Source: an uncultured Clostridium sp.
GTDB taxonomy: Bacteria > Bacillota > Clostridia > TANB77 > CAG-508
NCBI GenBank assembly: GCA_945946655.1
Contig: CAMEWM010000003.1
Span: 28,109-92,108, forward strand
Direction of reading: 5' to 3'
Length of the DNA stretch: 64,000 nucleotides
How positions within the stretch are numbered: position 1 is the stretch's first letter; each line of letters begins with the position of its first letter. Position numbers and translations under genes: made by a program. Under the pieces are notes generated by a model. It did no database searches and was not told where the DNA came from. It saw only the letters and a program-made list of their open reading frames with translations. Positions 39,970 through 50,534 of the stretch are shown here, piece after piece.

Positions 39970-40053
39970 GCGGATGTGGCGGAATTGGCAGACGCGCTGG
40001 TCTTAGGAACCAGTACCAACGGTGTGGAGGTTCAAGTCCTCTCATCCGCACCA
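39970..40053 (+). tRNA. tRNA-Leu (anticodon TAG), type II with long variable arm
   Basis: Acceptor gcggatg/catccgc, anticodon stem ctggt/accag, loop cTTAGGa, long variable arm, T-arm ggagg-ttcaagt-cctct, CCA encoded. Confidence 0.9.
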
Positions 40054-40087
40054 AAAGACAGGTTATTAAAACCTGTCTTTTTTTTTC
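40054..40087 (+). terminator. Rho-independent terminator after tRNA-Leu
   Basis: aaagacaggt-ttattaaa-acctgtcttt followed by T9. Confidence 0.75.
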
Positions 40088-40109
40088 ATATATACGAATA
40101 TTTTTCTCT

Positions 40110-40421
40110 CTACTCAAATAATTGTAATATCTCTTCCTTGCTTTGAACACCTAAACTAGTTCCAAGTACTTTTCCATCTTTTATTGCCACAAATGTTGGT
40201 ATACTCATAACATTGAATTTCGAAGCTAATTCTGACTCTTCATCAACATTTACTTTACATACTTTTATTTTACCTTCATTTTCATTTGCAATTTGTTCAA
40301 CGACTGGCATCATTGCTCTACATGGTCCACACCAAGTAGCCCAGAAGTCTATTAATACTGGGATTTGAGATTTTACAACCTCTTCATCATAATTTTTACT
40401 AGTTAAATTTATTTCACTCAT
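40110..40421 (-). CDS. trxA: Thioredoxin
   Basis: 103 aa, WCGPC active site. Confidence 0.9.
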   Translation of the reverse strand: MSEINLTSKNYDEEVVKSQIPVLIDFWATWCGPCRAMMPVVEQIANENEGKIKVCKVNVDEESELASKFNVMSIPTFVAIKDGKVLGTSLGVQSKEEILQLFE

Positions 40422-41324
40422 TTAGTTGTTCCTCCTTAATTTATTAATTATTGAAAGCCCTGCTTTTGTGCCTTCATATACAGCTTTTGATATTTGTAAA
40501 ATTCCTCCTGTGCAGTCTCCTGCAGCGTATACATTTGGTATTGTCGTTTCCATATCAGCATTCACTATGATATAGTTTTCTTCAATTCTAGCTCCTAATT
40601 TCTTAGCAAAATCCAGACTGCTGGCTGTTCCTTGTGCTATAAATATTCCTTGTACTTTTTCTGTTGAATTATCTTCAAATTCTATCTCTTCGATTTTATT
40701 GTCTCCTCTAAATTCTCTTATTTTTTTATCGTTTATTTTCAATTTCTCATTATTGCTTCTATTCTCTATGTGCTCTTGCCCATCTGTAAGCATAGTAACC
40801 GATTTAACAACTGGCAAAAGTTCTTCTATCTCTCCTATTGCGTATTCCCCATTTCCTAAAACTGCTACATCTTTATTTTTATAGAAAGCTGCATCACATA
40901 TAGCACAGTAACTTATTCCTTTTCCTTCATATTCCTGTACACCTTTTATATTAGGTTTATTTCTATTTGCACCTGTTGCAAGTACTATAGTTTTAGCTAT
41001 ATATCTCTCATTTTGTGTTTGATTTGCTGTAATCACTTCATAATTATTATCGTTTGTATATTTTATTCCTATTACCTCTTTTTTTAAAATATTCACTCCT
41101 AATGCTTTTGCTTGTTTTTCTCCATTCTCTATTAGCACTCTACCTGAAATCGGCTTCTCAAAACCATAGTAATTTTCTATTTTCTTTGCCTTATTTAAGG
41201 CACTTTCTCCTTTTGTAATCACTAGAACATTAAATCCTGCACGTTTTATATATAAACTTGCTGTGATTCCAGCAGGTCCACCTCCTATTATTATAGTATC
41301 ATACATAAAAAATATTCCCTTCAT
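40422..41324 (-). CDS. trxB: Thioredoxin-disulfide reductase
   Basis: FAD motif IIIGGGPAGITA and redox-active CAICD. About 300 aa. Immediately upstream of trxA. Confidence 0.9.
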   Translation of the reverse strand: MKGIFFMYDTIIIGGGPAGITASLYIKRAGFNVLVITKGESALNKAKKIENYYGFEKPISGRVLIENGEKQAKALGVNILKKEVIGIKYTNDNNYEVITANQTQNERYIAKTIVLATGANRNKPNIKGVQEYEGKGISYCAICDAAFYKNKDVAVLGNGEYAIGEIEELLPVVKSVTMLTDGQEHIENRSNNEKLKINDKKIREFRGDNKIEEIEFEDNSTEKVQGIFIAQGTASSLDFAKKLGARIEENYIIVNADMETTIPNVYAAGDCTGGILQISKAVYEGTKAGLSIINKLRRNN

Positions 41325-41325
41325 T

Positions 41326-42240
41326 TTAATCTAATAGATTATATATATTCTCAAATTTATAGCCTTTTTCTTTTAAGTAATGTATTAAATCTGATAACAT
41401 TTCATATGTTAATATTTTATCACTAGAGTCATGCATTAAAATTACAACTGTATCCTTCTCCCCCATAGTATTTATTACATTTTGCATTAAATCCTCTTTT
41501 GTGTGTGCACCTGCGGCATCTTCGCTAAGACAATTCCAATCTAGATGCACCACACCATTTTCATATAATAGTGCTTTGGAATTTTGTTTAGCATTATCAT
41601 AATATCCGCCATTTGAACCTCCTGGAAATCTGAATAGTCTAGAACTATAAGATTGGTTTCCTAATGCATCTTTTATTGCCTGCTCTGTAACATTATATTC
41701 ATTGAACGTCGCTTCTGGTGATGAATATATTTCTGAATATCTATGCGAATATCCATGATTTGCAATATAATGTCCCTCATCAAACTCTCTTTTTAGTATA
41801 TCCGGATTATTTTTTGCATTATTTCCTAATATAAAAAATGTTGCTTTTACTTCTTCTTTTTTTAATAAATCCAATATTAATGGAGTTACTGTTTTTGATG
41901 GTCCATCATCAAAAGTCAAAAATACTCTTTTTTCTCCAGTTGATCTATATATATGAAGAATTCTATCCTTCTCTTCATCTGAAAGAGGTCTACTAGTTTG
42001 TTCTATTCTTTTTTCTATTTCTGCCTGTTTTTTTTCTTCTTCCTGTCTCTTTTTTTCTAATTCTTCTTTTTCAATTTCTTCTTGTTGTTTTTGATATTCT
42101 TTTGCTTGCTCTTGTACTCTATTATATTCAGCTAACTTTATTCCTAAAATTGTTGCTAAAAATACAAGTAAGATCAGTAAAATAATAATTATTGCCACTT
42201 TCTTTTTATTTAATTTTCTTGTTGTTATTAAATCGTACAT
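41326..42240 (-). CDS. Polysaccharide deacetylase (NodB/CE4 domain) with N-terminal TM and K/E-rich coiled-coil linker
   Basis: NodB motif VFLTFDDGPS and His motifs. N-terminal TM then a QEE/KKR-rich segment. Confidence 0.85.
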   Translation of the reverse strand: MYDLITTRKLNKKKVAIIIILLILLVFLATILGIKLAEYNRVQEQAKEYQKQQEEIEKEELEKKRQEEEKKQAEIEKRIEQTSRPLSDEEKDRILHIYRSTGEKRVFLTFDDGPSKTVTPLILDLLKKEEVKATFFILGNNAKNNPDILKREFDEGHYIANHGYSHRYSEIYSSPEATFNEYNVTEQAIKDALGNQSYSSRLFRFPGGSNGGYYDNAKQNSKALLYENGVVHLDWNCLSEDAAGAHTKEDLMQNVINTMGEKDTVVILMHDSSDKILTYEMLSDLIHYLKEKGYKFENIYNLLD

Positions 42241-42344
42241 TTCTACCTCTTATTTTTTTTCTTTATTCTATCATATACTATTTTTATTTACAATATTCTA
42301 CAAATTTTTTCATATTAAATAAGACGCCAAAATAGCGTCTTTAC

Positions 42345-45080
42345 TTAATTTTCATGCTTAGTTCCATTAATTTTTAAAAGTTTAAATAATTCCACAATGA
42401 TTATTGGAGCAATTACTAGCAATATCGTTTCTATAATTCTATCCATTGGTAATACCGGTATACTAAATACAGTTCTTAACGCTGGTATTGCTAGTATTAC
42501 AATCATTAATAATGCTGATGCACCTATTGCTATGAATAAATTCTTGTTTCCTCCAATTCCTGTTTTAAATATCGACTCTTTATTGTTCCTTATATTAAAT
42601 ACATGAATCAATTCTGAAAATGCTAAAACTATAAATGCCATTGTTTGCCCTATTTCTACTCTTACCTCTTCAGGAGTTAATCCATCAATTGTAGGTGGAT
42701 TTGGTGTTGCGATACCTATAACAAATGCAGATAAAGATAAAATTCCAATCATTATTCCTTGATAAGCAATTCTCCAAGTCATTCCTTTTGTAAATATTCC
42801 AGTGTTAGACTTTATAGGCTTCCTATTCATTACGTTTTTATTTGCTGGATCAAAAGCTAATGCTAATGCTGGTAATGAATCTGTAACTAAATTTATCCAT
42901 AAGATATGAATAGGCAATAATGGTTCAATTAAATTTATTGGTATTCCAAATTTACTTGATAAGAATGGAGTTATAAGTATTGCTAAAAATAATACAATTA
43001 CCTCTCCAACGTTGCTTGATAATAAGAATTGAATAGCCTTTAAAATATTGTCATATATACGCCTTCCTTCTTCTACTGCCGATACTACTGTTGCAAAATT
43101 ATCATCTGTTAAAATTACATCTGCTGCTTCTTTTGCAACATCTGTTCCTACCATTCCCATTGCACAACCGATGTCTGATGTTTTAAGTGCTGGTGCATCA
43201 TTAACACCATCTCCTGTCATTGCTACCACTTCACCATGTGCCTGCCATGCTTTTACTATACGAACTTTGTGTTCTGGTGAAACTCTTGCATATACTCTGA
43301 TATTTTCTACTCTTTGTATTAATTCATCTTGAGACATTGATTCTAGCTCACTACCAGTAATTGCTTCTTCTCCTTCTTCCAAAATTCCTAGTTCTTTTGC
43401 TATTGCAACTGCTGTTGTTTTATGGTCTCCTGTTATCATTACTGTCTTTATCCCAGCTGATTTACACTTTTCTACAGCAACTTTTGCTTCTTCTCTTGGT
43501 GGATCTATCATTCCAACCATACCAATAAAGATTAGATCTTTTTCAATGTTTTTCATTTCTTCTTTTGATGGCATATGATCTATTTCCTTATAAGCCATAG
43601 CTAGAACTCTTAGCGCATTTTCCGCCATTTCATTATTGAATGTGCTAATTGTCTTCTTATAAGTATTTATATCATTATTCACTTTTCCATTTATTTGATA
43701 TCCATTACATCTAGCTAAAAGCTCATCCATGCCACCTTTGGTATAAACCATATACTGGTTATCTGCAACTTTATGAACTGTTGTCATCAATTTTCTGTCT
43801 GAGTCAAATGGAACTTCTTCAACCCTTGGCATGCTGTTAAAAACATCCGGAGTAAAGTCTAATTTGAATCCCATATCAATTAAAGCTGTTTCAGTTGGAT
43901 CTCCTGTTAATTTCTTGTTTTCTCCAATCTTAGTATCGTTGCATAGCATTGATATATTTACTAATCTTACTAATTCTTCATTCTCTTTATCTGTATTGAC
44001 TTCATCAATATCTATTATTCTATTGTTATAGAATAATTTTTTTACTGTCATTTTGTTTTGAGTTAGTGTTCCAGTCTTATCTGAGCAAATAACTGTAGCA
44101 CTTCCAAGCGTTTCTACTGCAGGTAATTTCTTAACAATAGCATGTCTTTTTACCATTCTTTGTACACCTATTGCTAAAACAATTGTAGAAACTGCTGCTA
44201 ATCCTTCTGGAATAACAGCAACAGCTAAGCTTACTGCTGTCATAAACATATCTAATGGTTCTTTTCCTTGTAATAATCCTATTACAAATATTACTGCACA
44301 TATTGCAAGTGATGCTATTCCCAAAGTTTTTCCTAATTTATTTAATCTTTGTTGTAGTGGAGTATCTGATTTCTCTGTGCTATTTAATATTCCTGCAATC
44401 TTGCCTACTTCTGTATTCATTCCAGTTTCAACTACAATGCCTTTTCCTCTACCATATGTAATTAAGCTAGATGAAAATAGCATATTAGTTCTGTCTCCAA
44501 TTCCCACATCAGTGTCTGTTATTGTCGTTGCATATTTTTCTACAGGAACTGATTCACCTGTTAAAGACGATTCCTGTGATTTTAAATTCATAGCCTCTGT
44601 AATTCTTATGTCTGCTGGGACATAGTCTCCTGTTTCCAACACAACTACATCTCCTGGAACTAAATCTTTTGATGGAACTACTGTTATTTTACCATCTCTA
44701 ATAACCTTAGCAGAATAACTACTTAGTTTTTTTAAAGCTTCCAAAGACTTTTCAGCTTTATCTTCTTGCGCTACGCCAATTATAGCGTTTACTATTACAA
44801 CTATCATTATAATAATAGAATCAGTTATTCCTTCACCTTGTACATATCCAACTATTCCAGAGATAATAGCAGCAATAATTAATACAATAATCATAAAATC
44901 TTTAAATTGTTGCAAAAACTTAACCCAAAGAGGAGTCTTCTTTCCTTCTTCTAATTCATTTAATCCGTATTTTGATTTTCTTTGTACAACTTCTTCAGAT
45001 GACAATCCCAAATCTTCATTTGTATTCATGTCTTTTACTGTTTCATCTACTGATTTGTTAAACCAATTCTTTTTTTCCAT
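42345..45080 (-). CDS. P-type ATPase, cation-transporting (P2, Ca2+/Mg2+ type)
   Basis: DKTGTLT phosphorylation motif, [14 protein letters not shown] hinge, 10 TM. Likely start is the internal Met MEKKNWFN at 45080; the track ORF extends to 45104. Confidence 0.9.
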   Translation of the reverse strand: MEKKNWFNKSVDETVKDMNTNEDLGLSSEEVVQRKSKYGLNELEEGKKTPLWVKFLQQFKDFMIIVLIIAAIISGIVGYVQGEGITDSIIIMIVVIVNAIIGVAQEDKAEKSLEALKKLSSYSAKVIRDGKITVVPSKDLVPGDVVVLETGDYVPADIRITEAMNLKSQESSLTGESVPVEKYATTITDTDVGIGDRTNMLFSSSLITYGRGKGIVVETGMNTEVGKIAGILNSTEKSDTPLQQRLNKLGKTLGIASLAICAVIFVIGLLQGKEPLDMFMTAVSLAVAVIPEGLAAVSTIVLAIGVQRMVKRHAIVKKLPAVETLGSATVICSDKTGTLTQNKMTVKKLFYNNRIIDIDEVNTDKENEELVRLVNISMLCNDTKIGENKKLTGDPTETALIDMGFKLDFTPDVFNSMPRVEEVPFDSDRKLMTTVHKVADNQYMVYTKGGMDELLARCNGYQINGKVNNDINTYKKTISTFNNEMAENALRVLAMAYKEIDHMPSKEEMKNIEKDLIFIGMVGMIDPPREEAKVAVEKCKSAGIKTVMITGDHKTTAVAIAKELGILEEGEEAITGSELESMSQDELIQRVENIRVYARVSPEHKVRIVKAWQAHGEVVAMTGDGVNDAPALKTSDIGCAMGMVGTDVAKEAADVILTDDNFATVVSAVEEGRRIYDNILKAIQFLLSSNVGEVIVLFLAILITPFLSSKFGIPINLIEPLLPIHILWINLVTDSLPALALAFDPANKNVMNRKPIKSNTGIFTKGMTWRIAYQGIMIGILSLSAFVIGIATPNPPTIDGLTPEEVRVEIGQTMAFIVLAFSELIHVFNIRNNKESIFKTGIGGNKNLFIAIGASALLMIVILAIPALRTVFSIPVLPMDRIIETILLVIAPIIIVELFKLLKINGTKHEN

Positions 45081-45362
45081 ATTTTCTATTCCTTTCCCGA
45101 GCATTTTTCTAATCTATTATTTTATTATGTACAAAAAAGCAAGACTCTAAAAGAAATTTGCCCAAAATTCTGTAAATTTCTTTAAAAGTCTTGCTTACCA
45201 TCATTACTTGGTTACTAGCCATGCTTTGTGCCGTGATGTTGACTAGTAGTTTACAAGCTACTCCCTTTTAATTTACATTATATTATCATTCTTAATTAAA
45301 AAACGCAAGATGGTATTGTAATTTTTTTTAAAATTGTTTATACTATTGATATATAAATTATT

Positions 45363-45437
<75 letters not shown>

Positions 45438-45440
45438 CAA

Positions 45441-45486
45441 AATAACAACTTACGAAACTATAATAGTTCATAAGTTGTTATTTTTC
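45441..45486 (+). terminator. Rho-independent terminator after tRNA-Gly
   Basis: aataacaactta-cgaaactataatagttca-taagttgttatt followed by a T-run. Confidence 0.7.
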
Positions 45487-45499
45487 ATACAACCATATT

Positions 45500-46261
45500 T
45501 TAGTCTGTTACATAATCAGCAAGTTCTAAAGCAATATCAAAATGTCCTGAATCATGCTGTGTTCCTGTAAGTTCACCTTCTTTATGTCTTCTATTCCATT
45601 TTGGAGCATCAAGTAAATCACCACTTGTAAAGAATATATATAGGTTTATGTTTCTAAAATCACACATAGCTTGAATTCCCGAGCATTCCATTTCCACGGA
45701 TATACAACCATCAGCTTTATGTTTTTCAAAATTATTAACTGTTTCTCTGTAAAAAGAATCTGTTGTCCAAGTTTTCCCTTTAACAAAAGGTATTCCATTT
45801 TCCTCCATAAATTTTGCAACTATATCAGCGTTTTTGACTCTTATATAATCAGAAGCAGGTGCATAGTGATATGAAGTACCTTCATCACGATATGCCTCAG
45901 TAGGAATCATAACTTTTCCATGAGTAATTTCTTTATTTAAGCATCCACATCCTCCAAAGACTATATATTTATCAGTTTTTATTTCCGATAAAGTATCTTC
46001 TATTGTACCCACGCATGCAGGTGCACCAACATAAGTTTTATAAAAAGCAAACTTTTTATCATTATAATTTATCTGGTAAATTGGTGTAATTCCAGTAACA
46101 AATTTAAATTGTCCAATTTGTTTACAATTGTAGTTTTCTAAAACATATTTTTCAATAATGTTCGAAAATGTAACTATACATGCATCTACTATTGGAGCAT
46201 TTTCTTTTAATTTTGGATTTATTTTTGCCTCAGATTTATTATCAAAACTATCGACTATCAT
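45500..46261 (-). CDS. Nucleoside phosphorylase, PNP/UDP family 1 (purine, uridine or MTA nucleoside phosphorylase-like)
   Basis: 253 aa. SVEMECSG motif comparable to DeoD/Udp VEMEAAG. Gly-rich phosphate-binding region. Confidence 0.7.
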   Translation of the reverse strand: MIVDSFDNKSEAKINPKLKENAPIVDACIVTFSNIIEKYVLENYNCKQIGQFKFVTGITPIYQINYNDKKFAFYKTYVGAPACVGTIEDTLSEIKTDKYIVFGGCGCLNKEITHGKVMIPTEAYRDEGTSYHYAPASDYIRVKNADIVAKFMEENGIPFVKGKTWTTDSFYRETVNNFEKHKADGCISVEMECSGIQAMCDFRNINLYIFFTSGDLLDAPKWNRRHKEGELTGTQHDSGHFDIALELADYVTD

Positions 46262-46424
46262 ATCATATTATTTCCTTTCAAATTCAATATTTATAACATT
46301 TACATCAGATATAGAAAATTAACAATATTATATTAAATAATCCCATATGCATCTCTCCTTTTATATTATTATGTTTATTATACAGTAAATCTAAAAAAAA
46401 ACATAGTTTTATTTAAATATTTAT

Positions 46425-46470
46425 AAAAAACACACCCTGCAAAGTTCGTAAGAATCTGCAAGGTGTGTCC
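46425..46470 (-). terminator. GC-rich rho-independent terminator of the GC-rich orphan gene (minus strand)
   Basis: Minus-strand reading: gacacaccttgcag-loop-ctgcagggtgtg followed by TTTTTT. The stem is much more GC-rich than host terminators. Confidence 0.6.
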
Positions 46471-46519
46471 CTTATTCACCCTTTACCAGTTGGCTTAGGA
46501 TTAAAGGAAGAAAGAGTTG

Positions 46520-47185
46520 TTAATTGCTTGTGGTCTCGTCACTTTCATAATGGTGCACATACCATTCTGGATGAGTAGTCCTCTTGTAACCAGCTTCAAT
46601 CAGAGAGTTGACAGTATCGTTGACAACCGTTTTCACCTTGATCAAAAAGGTCCTGCCATACTCGTCGCAGACCATAAGGGTCTTATCATCGACAACGATA
46701 TACGTGCCAATATTTTTTCCAGTATCGTGGAGCAAGTACTTCGTCACCATTGCCGTGTAGTAGGTATTGGTAGCAGTATCATTATAACCTTCACTAATCT
46801 GCTTAACCTGCTTAATCTGCGCCAGATTCAGTTGAGCCTCTTTGATTCCTTCAGACTTAGCGATTTCGGCCGCTTTTTCGTAGGTTTCTGCCCAATTTTC
46901 CTCGTTAGCAATCTTCGCCAACCAGATATAGGCTTCAGGTTTTGTCTCTTCATTAGAAAACGGAACATAGAGACAACCGTACTTGTACCCGGCACTCTTC
47001 AGGATATCTTCGATTTCGCTACGATACGGAGTCACCATAACGTTACCACTGCCATCTGAGAAAGCAATTTGACCATTGTTCTGGCAGTAGAACTTACCTT
47101 CACAATGTTCGATCACTTGGTAGGAGAACTGCATTAGTTCCTCCAAATCTGCGATCCGGACGTGACGAATAGGTTTGTTGAACAT
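46520..47185 (-). CDS. Hypothetical protein (about 221 aa) on a GC-rich island with atypical codon usage
   Basis: Roughly 42-45% GC against about 27% for the surrounding window. Uses CTG/GCC/CGC-type codons rare in the host. Start assigned to the Met at 47185, preceded by AGAGG; the track ORF extends to 47209. No recognisable domain. Confidence 0.6.
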   Translation of the reverse strand: MFNKPIRHVRIADLEELMQFSYQVIEHCEGKFYCQNNGQIAFSDGSGNVMVTPYRSEIEDILKSAGYKYGCLYVPFSNEETKPEAYIWLAKIANEENWAETYEKAAEIAKSEGIKEAQLNLAQIKQVKQISEGYNDTATNTYYTAMVTKYLLHDTGKNIGTYIVVDDKTLMVCDEYGRTFLIKVKTVVNDTVNSLIEAGYKRTTHPEWYVHHYESDETTSN

Positions 47186-47276
47186 ATGTATACCTCTTTC
47201 TGCCCACAATTCGTGGGACTTTGTAATATGTCGTGCTCTTGAGGAGTCACGCTAACCCTTTTGGGTTATTCCTCAT

Positions 47277-47305
47277 ATTATATCATGTTTTACATAATTT
47301 GTAAA
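47277..47305 (-). promoter_or_regulatory. Near-consensus sigma-70 promoter driving the GC-rich orphan gene
   Basis: Minus strand: TTTACA, 17-nt spacer, TATAAT (+ strand coordinates 47300-47305 and 47277-47282). Confidence 0.55.
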
Positions 47306-47405
47306 CTTGTAGTATTATTGAGTTCTTTTCTTATAAAAAGAAATAACAGATTTAATAGTAATACAACCTCATATTACCTAATATATTATTATATAATTAT
47401 TAGAG

Positions 47406-48561
47406 GTGATCGCATTGATTATTAAATCTATTAAAGTAAATTTGCTAAAAAAGATGTTGTTCTTTTTATTTATCCTTTTACTAGTCTCTACAATTTTGTG
47501 TTTCTGCGCATTTAACGGGTTTAAATTTATAACTATGTTTGAGTCATCTAACACTATTGATAATGTTTTTAATTCAGAGGCAACAGGTGAAAATTTTATG
47601 AATCAAATTGCTAATATTTCTATGGAAGACTTAGCTGAAGATTCTGACTCTCCTAAATCATATATAAAGTGGGTTGATTTTCAAGGTACTTCATCAATTT
47701 TAAAAAAGCTGTCTGACTTAGATATTTCCTCGCATGTTAATAATGAACCTGTAAAATTAAATTGGATAGAACTCATGGCATACTTAGGTTGCAAATATGG
47801 TGGTAATTTAGCTTTATTTAAGCAATCTGATTTAGATACATTAGTATCAAATTTACGTGAAGGCAAGTCCATATCAGAATTAACCTCTAACATGAAATTA
47901 TATAATTATTTTTATCAGAGTTATGATGCTATATTTCATGAATATTTAGGAGAATATGAAATTGAAACTATTGATACAGATGGAAATAAATCTTACACAA
48001 AAAAATATGGCTTAAAGGTATTTCTTCCTATTGCAAAAAATTATAGTTTCAGCCATTATAAAGATTTTGGTACTTCTCGTTCTTATGGATATAGACGTTT
48101 ACATTTAGGTAATGATCTTCTTCGGAAGCATTGGTACTCCCATTATCGCAGTTGAATCTGGTTATATAGAAGCTTTAGGATGGAACCAATATGGTGGATG
48201 GAGAATTGGAATCCGTAGTTTTGATGGAAAAAGATATTATTACTATGCACATTTAAGAAAAGATCATCCATATGCAAAAAATTTATGTGAAGGTCAAATA
48301 GTTACTGCAGGTGATGTTATTGGATATTTAGGAATGACTGGTTACAGTAGTCATGAAAATGTAAACAATATTAACATTCCTCACTTACACTTTGGAATAC
48401 AACTAATTTTTAACGAGGTACAAAAAGACGGAGTTAATCAGATTTGGATTGATGTATATGAAATTGTAGAATTCTTACGAAAAAATGCTTCTCAAGTTTA
48501 TATTGCATACCCCGATACAAAAGATTTTGAAAGAAAATACGATATGATGATAATAGATTAA
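47406..48561 (+). pseudogene. M23 (LytM-type) peptidase gene interrupted by a frameshift (two overlapping ORFs 47406-48155 and 48112-48561)
   Basis: Upstream ORF ends right after the HxxxD motif (HLGNDL). The downstream ORF in the +1 frame continues with GTPIIAVESGYIE...HLHFG (HxH), so the M23 catalytic motifs are split across frames near 48115-48130. Confidence 0.7.
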
Positions 48562-48600
48562 ATATTGCATTTTTCTATATTTTTTTGTATAATTCTATTT

Positions 48601-49473
48601 ATGAAAACTATAATTGTAAATAAAGAAAATGATGGAAAAAAATTAAATAATGTTTTATTAAAGGAATTTCCTTCTCTAAGTGTAAATTCTTTTTATAAAG
48701 CATTAAGAAAAAAAGATATCAGAGTTAACGATGTAAAAGTAAATGAAAACGTATCTGTACATACTGGCGATTCTATAAAAGTTTATATTACAGATGATAT
48801 ATTATTGGGTACTTCTATAGAGGTTGAAAAGGTATTTGAAGACACTAATATTTTAGTGGTAAACAAGCCTGCAGGAATTGAAGTAACTGGAGATCAGTCA
48901 TTAACAGCTTTATTAGCACAAATATATGGCTTTGATATTATGCCTTGTCATAGACTTGATAGAAATACTTCCGGTCTTACTCTTTTTGCCAAAAATGAAC
49001 AATCACAAAATATCCTTTTTGAAAAATTTAAAAAACATGAAATTGAGAAGCACTATCTTTGTAGAGTATATGGTATTCCAAAAGAAAAACATAAAATTTT
49101 AACAGCTTTTCTTTTCAAGGATAATAAAAAATCTATTGTATATATTAGTGATTCTCCTAAAAAAGGCTATCAAAATATTATTACAGAATACACGGTAGTA
49201 TCTACTAACTCTTTTGATAACACTAGTATATTAGAGATTATTTTACATACTGGTAGAACTCATCAAATACGCGCACATCTATCTCATATTGGTTATCCTA
49301 TTATTGGAGACGGTAAATATGGAATAAACGAGATAAATAAAGAATTTAAGTGTAAAACTCAAAATCTGTGTAGCTATAAAATTAAGTTTAATTTTAAGAC
49401 AGACTCTGGTAACTTAGCCTATTTAAATGGAAAAGAAATAGAATTAAAAGATATAGAAAAAATATTTAAATAA
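48601..49473 (+). CDS. RluA-family 23S rRNA pseudouridine synthase (S4 plus PUS domains, RluD/RluC-like)
   Basis: N-terminal S4-like region, catalytic HRLDRNTSG motif. ATG at 48601 (MKTIIVNKE); the track ORF starts further upstream at 48565. Confidence 0.85.
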   Translation: MKTIIVNKENDGKKLNNVLLKEFPSLSVNSFYKALRKKDIRVNDVKVNENVSVHTGDSIKVYITDDILLGTSIEVEKVFEDTNILVVNKPAGIEVTGDQSLTALLAQIYGFDIMPCHRLDRNTSGLTLFAKNEQSQNILFEKFKKHEIEKHYLCRVYGIPKEKHKILTAFLFKDNKKSIVYISDSPKKGYQNIITEYTVVSTNSFDNTSILEIILHTGRTHQIRAHLSHIGYPIIGDGKYGINEINKEFKCKTQNLCSYKIKFNFKTDSGNLAYLNGKEIELKDIEKIFK

Positions 49474-49547
49474 GATTCTAAAAAATGACTGAAATCAATC
49501 ATTTTAAAACATGATTGATTCCAGCCATTTCTATTATATAAAATTTT

Positions 49548-50480
49548 TTATAAAGCCATATTTATTCCTTTTGAAATTATTTTTGACATATTTTCTATTA
49601 ATTTATCTATCTCTTTTGGTGTAACTATCATATTGTAATCTTTTGGTATTAGTGCTTCTTTTATTTCTTCATAATTATCTTTTTCTTTTAGCTCATTTAA
49701 GTATGAATTAGACATTGCTTTCTGTTGTAAATTGTCTATAAATAAGTTTATACAATCATTAGTTATTGAAGCAAGATCCACAACCGTTGGAATTCCTAAG
49801 GCTATTACTGGTATTCCTAATGTTTTGTTGCTTATTTCTTTCCTTTTATTATCAACTCCTGCTCCTGGTACTATGCCAGTATCTGCAATTTGAATACTGC
49901 TACTTATTCTTTCTATACTTCTTGAGGCTAGGGCATCTATAACAATTAATAATTTTGGATGTATATTATCTACAATTCCTTTTAAAACCTCCATTGTTTC
50001 TATTCCTGTAGTTCCGAGTACTCCTGGTGATATTGCAGAAACAGGTCTTGTATCTTCTGGCATCACTTTAGGCATATATTCTAATATGTGTCTTGTTATC
50101 TCTATATGTGGTATAACTTTAGGGCCAAGTGCATCTGGAGTTACATACATATTTCCCAACCCCACAACCAATATATCCTCTGTATCAGTCACATGCTCTC
50201 CTATTACCTTCCTTAACTCATCTGCAAGCACTTCTGCTATTTGTTCTATCTTTTCATCATCTGCAAGTTTTATGTTCTTTACATCCAATGTAATATAATT
50301 TCCTATAGGCTTTCCAAGCTTATTTTCTCCATCTTCATTTATTATTTTTACTCTTGAGATATCTGTTTCTTCTCGTGACTCATTTTCAATCTCAATTCCA
50401 TCAATTTCACTCTGTATATTATTAACTTTTTTATAAATGTCATTTCTCTCAACTGCTAAATCCGTTCTAAAATTATACAT
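49548..50480 (-). CDS. gpr: Germination protease (spore protease GPR)
   Basis: N-terminal RTDLAVE and conserved blocks LVVGLGNMYVTPDALGP, IDALASRSIERI, PGAGVDNKRKEIS, GIPVIALGIPTVVD. Confidence 0.9.
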   Translation of the reverse strand: MYNFRTDLAVERNDIYKKVNNIQSEIDGIEIENESREETDISRVKIINEDGENKLGKPIGNYITLDVKNIKLADDEKIEQIAEVLADELRKVIGEHVTDTEDILVVGLGNMYVTPDALGPKVIPHIEITRHILEYMPKVMPEDTRPVSAISPGVLGTTGIETMEVLKGIVDNIHPKLLIVIDALASRSIERISSSIQIADTGIVPGAGVDNKRKEISNKTLGIPVIALGIPTVVDLASITNDCINLFIDNLQQKAMSNSYLNELKEKDNYEEIKEALIPKDYNMIVTPKEIDKLIENMSKIISKGINMAL

Positions 50481-50534
50481 AAAAACCTCCTACACAGTAA
50501 TAGTTTGTGTAGGAGTATTTATTTTATTCAAAAA

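Noticed and set aside
39953-40150. 65-aa minus-strand ORF overlapping tRNA-Leu
   Set aside because: It overlaps a canonical tRNA and its terminator; spurious.
47210-47276. Small hairpin cccac-aattc-gtggg in the 5' UTR of the GC-rich gene as a regulatory element
   Set aside because: Only a 5-bp stem, so no strong evidence; it is mentioned within the island finding only.
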